DNA of 64,000 bases from a virus (taxonomy: Duplodnaviria; Caudoviricetes), in IMG/VR virus record IMGVR_UViG_3300020336_000481, positions 1-64,000 of that record. One strand, given 5' to 3'. A program made the position numbers and the translations under genes. A model generated the notes under the pieces. It was not told where the DNA came from. It saw only the letters and a list, made by a program, of their open reading frames with translations, and did no database searches. This document shows positions 20,901-32,900 of this stretch, piece by piece. Every line of letters starts with the position of its first letter. Within the stretch, counting starts at the first letter, position 1.

Positions 20901-23900
20901 CTATTGTGCTGTTTAGTTTAGGTGGTGTATTAAAGGTAATACGTCCATAATACCTATCGTATCCCTTTGTAGTGTCTAAAACATTTTCATATGTGAAATC
21001 ACTTGACAGCAATAATAGATTATCGATTGTAATACTAAAACTAGTATTTGATAAATCCATCGGCCATGTTAAATCAAATTTACTTATTGTTCCTGTGCCA
21101 GTAAATGTTTGAGACTCATTTAGTTTTGTTATTAGATATAAACCAGAAACTCTGTCAAATTTTACTTTTGTTAATATAGACCTTGTTAAACCATTACCTA
21201 GTTTTGCTGTAAGTTTTCCGTGTTTACCTGTATCACTTATTGTTCCATTTAATGTAACTGTTGGTGTTGAAATATAACCCGACCCTGGATTTGTTATAAC
21301 TACATTGGTAATCTTTCCGTTAGCACCTATACTTGCTTCTGCTGTTGCGCCGGTTCCGCCGCCGCCTGATATAGTAATTTGTGGACTACTTAAATATCCT
21401 ATTCCAGAATTACCTATAAGTAGTGATTCAATACTATAAGTTGCGTTATCAATCCAATGTTTTTCTGGATATGTATCAAAACCTGTTCCTGTACCAACTA
21501 TTACTCCGTCTACAACTTTTGCACTACTTGGAGTAATATTATTTTCTTGGGAATCAAATTTAGCAGGTAAATCAAAATCTGTAACTACACTTCTCGAGTT
21601 ATCTGTTTTTTCATATGTACTTAGATATTCACGTAGTTTTGTTTTAAAAGGTTTAACTTCATTTAAGTATTTTTCGTAACTAGGCAAACTATCATTTTGA
21701 AACGTAATTTTTTGTGATAACTGCCCTGTATTATGTTTCGCTTTTACAAAGCTAGTTTTAAATGCCCAGTCAACATAAAGTTGCTCTGACAAAACATATT
21801 TTAAACTTGCAAAGAATAATTTATTGTATTCATTTTCAAGATCATCTACAAGAATATTGTTCTTTATTACATTTAATATTGTTCTAATTTCATTAATAGG
21901 TTGACTATCAAAAAACTGTGTATCAAAACTTTGTGCGTCAAAACCTACTTGACTTGCAGTTAAGTTATATAATGAAGATTTAAATTTAATTGTTCCGTTT
22001 TGTTTGCCAACAGTTTTATAATTTACAGTGTAATCTGTAGTATCAGTGTTACTAGTCTTTTCAAGCAACAACCAACCGCCGGAACCAATTGTAGAAATTT
22101 TTACAATTTCACCAATTGAATCATTAAGTCCTTGTAGCTCATAACTTTGATCAATTAGATAATCAATTTTAGTTTGTTGACTGTAACCTGTTGCATACCA
22201 ATCTGCATAATCCCAAAACAAAGCTGTATTATATGACTGAGAAGTTTTTCTTGACCACGTTAAACTTTCAGAAAGTCTTTCATAAGTGGCCCACTTACCG
22301 TTGATAGTTTCATCAGCAGCAACTAACGCTATAAACCTTCTTACAGTTATTGTAGTATCAGCAGTATATCCATTACCTTGTTCTAATACGGTAGCAGTTG
22401 TTACTTTACCTAAACTATCTATAGTAAGCTGAATATTGACTCCAGTTCCACCTGTTGACGTTATAGTGTAAGTAGGAACAACACTATAGCCTTGTCCACT
22501 ATCAACAATTACAACACGAGTAATTTTTCCATCTTCAATAACAGGTTGTAATACACATCTTCTTGCTTTAGCAACACCAACAAACGCGAGGTCTGCAAAC
22601 GTATCAATTTTTGTGTCGTATTCTCTACTAAACGCAGTTGGTTCTGGATCCCTAGTTGATAATAAACTAATATCACTGTTATCAACAATTAAATTATCAT
22701 TCATTACTGAATTAACACGTTCAATAACTTGTTTTAACGCTTCTGTTCTATTAACAAACCAACTTTGTCTTGGAGTATTAAGGGCACCATATTTTTCTTT
22801 TATACTTAAAGAAGGATCTGGTACAGGTCTAAATGCAACATCATAACCGACTAAACTATCAAACCATTTGTTTTCAACATCTTTACTAGGTTTACTTGTA
22901 CCTAATCCGTCAGTTATAATTTGGTATTGATTATGAATATTTTTTTGTTGGTCTTTAATTGTCCAATATTGAATTCCTAACACTACATCACTATCTTCAA
23001 TTAGTGAATCACAGTTGTGTAACACAAAACTATTTGGAGTTTGTAATTCTACATACGGATATGATTGGTTATTAGGATCTGAAATGTATTTAGAAACATC
23101 AGCAACACTAAATGATCTTGATTCTATATCTGGAATTGTCTTTTTGTCTTTTACCCAATAAAAATATTTGTTTGTGAACTTTTGCCCAACTTTATCAAAT
23201 ACTTGTTTTGTAACATAAGTTGTATTATTATACCTTGGTAACCCGCTTATACCTTTTGTTATACCTTGTTCAGTATCAGCAATAGTAGACCATTCTGCAG
23301 GAGTTAATGTTGTTTCAACCCATTCATAAACATCTATTGTATTAGAATCAAATAATGTATTCCAAGAAGAAGTTCTATTAATAATATTGCCTTGATAAGG
23401 ATTAAGGAATTTAGCATTTGTTAAGTCCCACCAAACTTGACCAACTTGTGCTTCGCCCCAAGCCATTTGTGGGTTAATATTAACACCCGAGCCACCGTTA
23501 GTATAAAAAGCAGGATCGTAGTATGTTTTATATCTTATTTCTTGATCTGCAATACCTGCAATTTTTCCTTGTAACGGATCAATATAGTCTAAATATTTAA
23601 GTATGACTTGTGTTCGCTTGTTATAAAGTATTGCACGTTTTATTTTGCTTACGTCAACAGTATCAATTGGCGTTCTTAAACTTTGCCAAACATTATTTGC
23701 TTCAGGACGTCTAAAGTCTTGTACGTATCCTCTTAAAGAACTATCACTTGCATTTAAGTTTGGTAATCCTACATAAACATGATTACTACTTGCATGAATA
23801 TTTTCCCCAAAGTCTGAAATTAATTCATTATTTCCAGAAAGTACTTGAGCAAATACTAACGTGTTATCTATCTTTTCATACACATAAACAACACCACTTA

Positions 23901-26900
23901 CATTATCTACATCTGTAAATCTTGTAAAGTTATTATCAAAAGTAGTAAGGTCGCCATCAAACGTGTAATCTTCTAATAGTCCGTTGCCACCCCTGGCACT
24001 TACATATAAAGTTTCGCCGTCAAACTCTAAGTTGCTGCCAAAAAATTCTGCTATTTTATTTTGTTTACTTTTTAGTGTTTGTGATAATACAAATTGTCCG
24101 TTAACTTGTTTGTAAACAAAAACAAGTCCTTGGTCGTTAGCAATAGTGTCATCATTAGGAGCACTTACTGCTATTAACATTCCGTCATTGCTTATTGAGA
24201 CTTTTTTACCAAAGTTTAATGTGTCATTAAACTCTCCGTTGTTATGTTGTGCAAAAATTTCTTGATCTAATAAAAATTGTCCGTTGAATGATCTATATAC
24301 CGCAATCTTTTTTGCTGACGGTCTTGCAGAATCTGTACTTGTTGCTGATGTTACTAGTACGTCTCCATTTGTTGATACATCAAAAGAATCACCAAATGCT
24401 GTTAGTTTAGTTTGATCTATTGTAACACTATCATCTGATGTAAGCACTAGTGAAGTATTGTTTGGAATATAACCTACATAGTCTGTGTAGTTAGTTAATA
24501 ATGTCCAAACTTCTGTATTAAATGTTCCTGCACTTATATTAGTAATTGCTTTATATAAATTACCACTATAAAAAATAATGTCATTCTCTAAATATGTATG
24601 AGCAGATGTAAACTCTCCTCTATATCGAGGATCTTTAGCAATTGACCAATCATATATCTGTCCGTCAACACTTGTTCCTTTATTAATAAAATAAATTTTT
24701 CCTGGATTAGCATCTGCATGAATAAATGTATTGTACAAAGAACCAAACTTAGTAATTTTTATTGCTGATCCAAATTTATTATTACTAGCTTTATCCGGAA
24801 CAGTAAATCCGCCAACTGAGCTATAATTACTTGAACCTGTTCTTTGGAATATAGTAGCAAATCCCTCCTGTGTATTACCATCAGTAGTACCAGTTGAATC
24901 TGTAAAGATTCTGTTAACTAGTTCCCAATCATTATTACCTACTGTAGGAATATTTGCTGCTCTTGGTATACCATTTACTGTTCCTTCTTTATAGAAATAA
25001 TATTCCGCATCTGTAATAGAATCAGTTGTTCCAAATGCAACATTATTTCCATCATTTGGAACAGTGAAGTTTGAATTGTGTTGTATAACAATAAGTTTAC
25101 CAATTCCTAAGCTGTCATTACCTAAACTTGTACTTTGTATTTGACCCATTACCCTGTCTACTTGATAGACTGGATCAGCATCACTAGGTACTCCTAAAAA
25201 TCTTATTTCACTATTGTTACCATATAAGTCACCTAAACTCCAGTTACCAGTTTTTCCTTTGATAAAAATTGTTACATCATTCAAAGACCTTTGATAACGT
25301 GTAACAATACCAGTTGCTCCAGTTGTAACATCTTGTACAGTAGCACCAACTCTGGGTTCAAAAGGATCGCCTGACAGACCAAACTTTGTAAATTCAAAAT
25401 TAATATAACCGTCCCAAAGATCGTAAACAGTTTGACGCTTATTTGTTATTGCATATGTTAAATTAATATTTGTTATGTCAGGATAACTATTGTCTGAATA
25501 TTTTGGTAACTTGTTAACATATAAATCAAATGTATCCGAAGCTGTAAGAGTATCTGTAAGTGCTTTAGGTGCCCTGACAACATACAAGTCACTCAGTTGT
25601 GGATCGAGTGAGTTATTTGGTCCTGGATATCCTCTTGTACTTAAAACACGCAATAAACTATTTTGATTATTTAAACTGTTTACAGTCGTTGTTGCAGTAT
25701 CGTTTATGTTGTAATAATATCTATTTGGGTCTGATACCCCTGAAGGTACAACGTCTTTATATACTAGCCCTCTACCCTCATCGTAATTAGTTGTGCCAAC
25801 ATTATAATTAGTTGTGTTAACAAACCAGTATCCGTCTAAGAAATTTGTAGCATCTACAGTCTCATCAGGTCCAGCTCTATTATATTCGCCAACAAATTCT
25901 CCACTACTAATTTGTACTGAGCCACTTGTTGCAAACGTTCCGTTTACGTTTTCAACATAAATTGTTGCTGCACCTTCTACTGCAAAAGTGTATGCTACTG
26001 TACCAAATGCATTTTGCGTTTGTATAATTTCACCTATTTGTGGTAAAGTAGTAAAACTAGGAACACTAAGTATTGCATCAATCTTTTTACTAATTGTAAA
26101 TCCGCTATTAATAAACGCTTCATTAATACCTGTAATAGTACCGTTAAAAGGTTGTCTTACTGTGTATGTAGTTTGATCCTGATTAGCTGTTGTTACTGTA
26201 TTCCATTCTAGTTTTATAGAATCACCTATTCCACTACCTTCATACATGTCTTTAGGAGCTCTTATTAATAAATGATCAACTCCGGTTAAATTTTTAAACG
26301 GATAATTTCCTGTCAATATAGTTTTAATTTTTGGATCGCCTTGAGCAAGAATACCTAATGACTCAATAATATTAGATACTGCCTGAAAACTTCCAAATTG
26401 AATATTTGCTTCTTGGCCTTCTACATTAGTTACTGTTCTCCAAAGCAATTCTTCGTACTGAACTATTTCACCTTGGGGATAATCTGTTGTTAGTTGATAT
26501 GCACCTTTATATTTTGTTTTAACGTTAGACGCATTAGGAGATCCAACTAGTATATATTCGCCATCTGGAGATATTGCAACACTACTACCAAATTTTTGAC
26601 CTGGATCACAAACAGTTGTGTCAGCTTCAATTGTTTGTATTAAGTCTAAGCCAGTTACACTGCTAGGTCTTTGATAAACATATACTTTTCCGTCTCCGTC
26701 TTCTGGAGCACCTACCACAACAATGCCGTTTCTATCATCTGCGGCTATTGAACTTCCGTAACTTCCAAAGCCGTCGCCTAGTTCATTGCTAATAGTATCA
26801 TTAAGTTTGTAGCTTTGATTATTTTTTAATACTTTCCATTTACCTTGGTCATCACTGTCTACCCAGTAAATATCATTGTTATCTAAATTAGTTTGTGAAA

Positions 26901-29900
26901 TGTCATTAAGTGTGTTTAGTGTTGGAGTTCTAACACTAATAAATCTTGTAATAATAACATGCTGATTTAACATTTCTGCAGGAGCACTTGTAGTTACGCA
27001 TTCAATTAAATTGTTTGATACTGATGCAACTTTATAGTACCCTTCGAGTCCTGTAACATCTTTAATACCAATAACATCATTTTTTACAAAATCACTAACT
27101 GTAGAATTAAATTCAATGTAAAAATTATTACTACTTCCGCCTACTGGTTTAATTGCTATTCCGTTTTGTTTATATGCTACATGCTTAAACACATTCCAAC
27201 TAAGATTATCGTTACCTACCCAGAAATAATCACCGTTATTGATTGTATTAATATCTTTGCTTAATATTGCATCTGAATCTGCAACGATATACTGGACATC
27301 TTCTTGATTAACATATCCAGCATCTTTTACATACGGCTTTGTTACATACTTTGCTGGAAACGGATTACTATTATAATCTTTTGGTTTTAAATAAACTTGA
27401 TAAGGTAAAATTCTATAAATTAAATCTTTTTCTTGTCCAGTTACTGAATTTGTTAATTCTATAGGCTGTGGCTTTAATTTAAATTTTGTTTCATCTAATA
27501 CAAACTCTACTTCATTGAAACCTGCACTTGCACCATACTGGCCACTTTTTATAGCCCATTCTTCGTAAAACTCTAAACTATCTTTATCTGCACTACCAAG
27601 TACATCAAACAACTTTGTTAATGCATTTTTAGTACCTTTGTCTTGAATAAATCCTTGATAAAACTTATATTGACTAACATCGTCATTAATAATATTTGAC
27701 AAGTAATCACGTTTTTGATAACCAATTAAATGCTGTGCAAGTTTTTGTTGATCAGCTTCAAAGTTATCACTGTCTAAATCATAAAAATCAGCAAACTGAT
27801 TTGTTTTATAATCAAAGTTTGCTATAAGACCTGCTTCGGGTTTTCCGTCTAACTTTCTCCAATTTGCTGTTTGAAAATTTGCTGCTCCAGCAATTTTTGC
27901 ATTTGCACTATAATAAAATTCCTTGTACTTTATTAAGTCGCCAAGTTTATAATCTGTCCACGGTTGCCATTCTGTTATTTCAGCTTTGTCGTATATAAAG
28001 CCGGGAATATTGAAACTACCATTCCATTCATCAGTTCTATAACCAAGTATCTTAATTCTTTCTTGTCTATACCCTGGTGCAATATCATATATAATATCAT
28101 TAAACACTGTAACATTATCAATTAGTACTACATGTTCTTTTTGCACTAACGGTAACGTAATAGAATATATTCCGTCAGCAGTATTTTTTGTACTTACTTT
28201 AAACTGATTATCATCAGATCTATTAATAGTTACAAATTCACTGTTTAATTTTTTGCCGTCTGCTTTAAACAAACTATAACCATAAAAACTATCAAACACA
28301 TTGCTTACTACAGAGTAAGAACTATTATAAGTAAGTTCTTCAGCTGCAGGACTTAATGAGATAACACTTCCTGGTGACCAATTTTGTGTGGTCCAAAACA
28401 TAAGTTCTTTAGCACTTGTTGACCAGTCTTCAACTAGTCCTACACTATTAGTTTTTTCATATGTAAATCCTAAGGATTTATAATAATGTTCTAAGCCCAG
28501 TAAAAAATCTATAACTGCTTGAACTGATGTAAATTGCGTTCCATATGGAATTCTTGTAGCATTTTTTTCAAACTCACGTGTACTGAATATACCATCTCTA
28601 CCGCCTACTAAGGGGAGCTCAGCTAATCTAGTAAATTTAGAATCATCAAACGTTGATGAACTTGTATGATTTTCTTTTACAACATAATATATTGTATTAA
28701 ATTCTACATATTGTCCTTGTCTATAAACTTTGTTTTGGTCCCAAGTTAGATAAGATTCACTAACTCCACCAATATTAATTACAGGATCATCAGCTAGTCT
28801 TATAGGTTTAAAATAATCAAAATATGGATTGCTATTACTATAACCTCTAATAACATATCCTGAACTTAATTTTTCTACAATAACACCTGAATAAGAAACT
28901 GTTTGGATAGGCGAACTTGTATTTTCAAAAACTGTAAAGTTTTCATCTGGTATAAAGACATTCCCCTCATTTGTTGGCGTTCTACTATCAAGTATTAGTT
29001 TAAATTTACTTTTATCTGTAAATCCTCCTAATTTTAATCCTAATTGATTTTGTAGATTTTTTATATTATCTTTATAAGTGTCATATGTCGTTGTTACATC
29101 AGACGACATATAATCTGCAATATAACCACAAAGTCCGCTTGTAAAAATCTTTTGCGGGAAAATAGTTGTTGGAGGAAATATTAAATTATTTAAATGTATA
29201 TGTGTACTAGTTTCTTTGTATATAATTTGATCTGTTAAATTTTTAATCTGACGTGTTCTATCAAACGCTCTACTAAACACATGATGAGGTTGATTAATTA
29301 CATAACTTGTTATTAAACTAAATGCATATTCTGAACTATTTCTCCAGGCTGTTTCTACAGGTCCGTGATCGCCAAATAACCATATCTTATCTAAATTAGT
29401 AGAATCAAATCCTTGCACATATCCTGAATTATTAGGACTTAATAAATTGCCTTGATCATCGACAGGCAAATGCTTTGTTAAATTTGGTCTAATATATTTT
29501 TTATTAATAATAAATGCTTTATTTGGTTCAGAAATTTTTCCTTCTTCAATGTCTTGCCACATTATTAAATTATCTTTAGTATAAGGAGAAGGTCCGTATT
29601 TTGTTTCCCACCAAGTAGGCTTAACACTAAAGCCTAGCATTTCCCAAGGATGTGTATGTGGACGATCAGTATCATATGCATGTTTGTATACTGCTCTCCA
29701 AAAACCTGGAAGTATATTTAAACTGCGATCGTTCATACCCGCATAATTAAAAGTGAAACTTTCTGATCTATCAAATGTAGTATTTTCTGTGTAATCGTCT
29801 TGTACTAAATTTGTCCATTCGATAAAATCACTTAACATTGGTGCATTTACTTCTGATAATGAAAAATTAGTTTTTCTTTTTTCAGATGGAGCAAAATCTA

Positions 29901-32900
29901 AAACATCAAATATAGTTTGATCATACTGTGTTTTTATATTATTATAAATTCTTTTTTCTAATTCTAAAAGCAGATTATCTCTAAAATCGTTGTATGCTAT
30001 AGTTCTACTTCCATCATGTCCTTGAATAACATTAACTGGATTAACATAAGTGGTGTCTAGGTAAATCTCAGGTTCGTATTTAGGATATAACCCTAATTTA
30101 CTTGGTGTTGCAGGAACATAACTTCCGTTTGTAGTTTCATATTCATAAATTTCAACAATGTCGTCAAGTACTACTTGTTTTGTAATTCTTACAAATCCTT
30201 GATTGTTAAAAGTATAGTCTTTTCCGTAAGTAAGTTGTACTTGATTTAAGTATACTGCAACTGCTTTATCAGACGGTGTTGCTATATCAAATATTGCACT
30301 TAAGGCATAAAATTCGTCATTTGGATTTATTACAGTGTGTAATGTTTTCTTACTTGCAGTATATGGGACCATATCTGAAAAATAAAACGATTGTGTATTT
30401 GTTTTATCTTTGTTAATACTGAATAAAATTTTATCTACATGTTCTTTTACAGGACCTTCAAATCCTATCTTATCTGCTGTTTGTATAAACAGTCTTTTAA
30501 ACTTTGCGTATTCTTTTCTTGAATATTTTAGTGATTTAATAATGTTAGCATCTTTATCAAGTAAATGGTATAATGCTAAATTAAATGGTCCACTATGTTT
30601 TAAGAATCTATTTCCGTATCCACTTAGTTTGTCTAAGTCTCTTAAATTACTTGATCCTGGGTATGTGCCTGAAAAGTCTGTTGTTTCTTCAACAATAGTT
30701 GCTACATGATCATTTACTTCGCCTAGTGTAAAATCATTTAGGTCTGAATTATTTGGATTCTTTTCTAAGTTTGATGCTATCTCATAATAACCATTATTGT
30801 TTTTTTCAGTGGATGATTTGGTTTTTAGAATAACAATGTCGTTTTCATTTAGAGTATTTACAAATACAACTTCTTTATTTCCTTTTGCATTATCAATTAC
30901 ATTATAATCTGTTGTTTCAAACTGTAAAGTATTATTAACAAATACACGCAGCCACAAGTCAGTAACTTCGCTAGAAGAATCATAAACATCTATTTCAAAT
31001 CCTGTACTTGTTAGATCATTTATATACTGTCTGATAATTGGTTGATCACTAAATTGTACTTTTTTACACCAACCGTTAGTACTTGTAAACGTTGTTAAAT
31101 CAGAATACTTCCTAGCATATCCTACTTTAGTATATTTTTGATATTGCTCATTATTAAGTTGATATGTTATACTGTCAGTGTTTAAATTAAAATTAAAAGT
31201 AATATCACCTACGTTACTAATACTTCTGTACTTTAAAGGAAATCCTAATTCAGTGTCATTTGTTCCTGTGCCTTCTGCATAGCTGTAAAATTTTGTTCCT
31301 GGAAAGGTGTTTGCTGGATACGTAGTAGTGTCACTATAACTTTTACCAGCATTATCAAATATATCAAAGTACGGTGGTTGATTTACTTTTGTTTTTTCTT
31401 GACACTGTTTCCATTCAGTACCGTCAAAGTACCACAACTTGCCTCCAAATTGTGTGCCTTGTTTTACAAGCACAACTTCATTTTCTGCTGGTTGTGCATC
31501 AGTAACTTCTACAAGACTAAGCTGTCTGTTTGTTGTTTGACCATCTGCAAAATTAAAAAACTTTACTTCGAATATTCTACCATTTACTAAAGGATCAGGA
31601 TCTTTAATAAACATAACACGCATGCCATTGGTAAGATCAATGCCGTCTATATTATAACCTGTTTTGCCTTCAATGGTACTAAACGCATCAGTAGTATAGT
31701 TGTCAATTAAATTAACGTCTACTTTACTTTTTGTGCCAAACTTGTGTAATTTTAATCCTGCATCAAATTCAATAATAGGGCGTCTTGCTCTTTGAGATTG
31801 ATCAACTAATATTGGTTGGTTGTTTATGTTAGCTGATTGTTCAATAACAGACTTATGGAACCATCTATTATATCTGCTCCATAAATTTCCATCTGGACTT
31901 GCACGATTAATTACAATATAATCTTTATCTTGAGGATAACCTATTGCTTCACTAAACGGTAAATTATCAAATCCTATTGAATCAAATTTTACATTTAAGT
32001 TTTCTGCAAACGCAGTACCAATACTTAAATCTTCTTCAGCAATTAGTTTAATTTTATCTCCAACGCCTTCTACATACCAACTACCGTTTGCATATTTGCT
32101 AGGAGTAACTTCGCCTTGAAAAGTAATTTTCATTCCATTACTTAGAGTAACGTTTTCACCAGTAGTATAACTTTTCTTACCCAAAACTTCTGCTTCAACA
32201 TCTATTGACTTTGCATCTGTTTGATCGTATACCCTAATGACTCCGCCGGCGTTTATTTCATCATCGCAAAGATAATATAAAATATCAGGACTGTCACTTT
32301 CTAACTTAATTGTAATAGTACCTGTTTCAATACTGTTATTTGTTACGCCATTAGTATATAAAAAGTTTGAATCTGTATCATTTTTTGTTTTAATTGACAC
32401 AGGAAGTCCTGGAGTATTAACATCTATTTTATATTCAACCCCTCTATATAAAACAAGTGTAGGGTTTTGTGTAAGTCCGTTAGGAGTAAAAACATATCCA
32501 TAGTTGTCACCGTTGTTCACTAAATCTAAACTATAAGTACTTTTTATATCTATAGATGTTTTGCCTGTGATGCCAATAGTTTGTGGGCCGCTCGGAAGCC
32601 AATAATATTCTCTAAAATTGCTAAACTTATCCCAGTTAATTTGAGGATCCCAAGCATATGATTCTTGACTATTTGTTTTACTATGGTCGTTAGTACTAAG
32701 ATTAAAATTTTGCAACTGATTCATAAAGTCGTTATAGTCTTTATAGAATGTTACATTGTCTAAGGAGTCTTTAATAACTGCTGCTGGCTCTAACTGATAA
32801 TCAGTACGTTGTTTTGTAACATCAGTAAGATATGTGTCATCACTGCTAAACGCCTTTGCTGATTCTCGTCCAACATAGCCGTTTAATTTTTCTACTACTC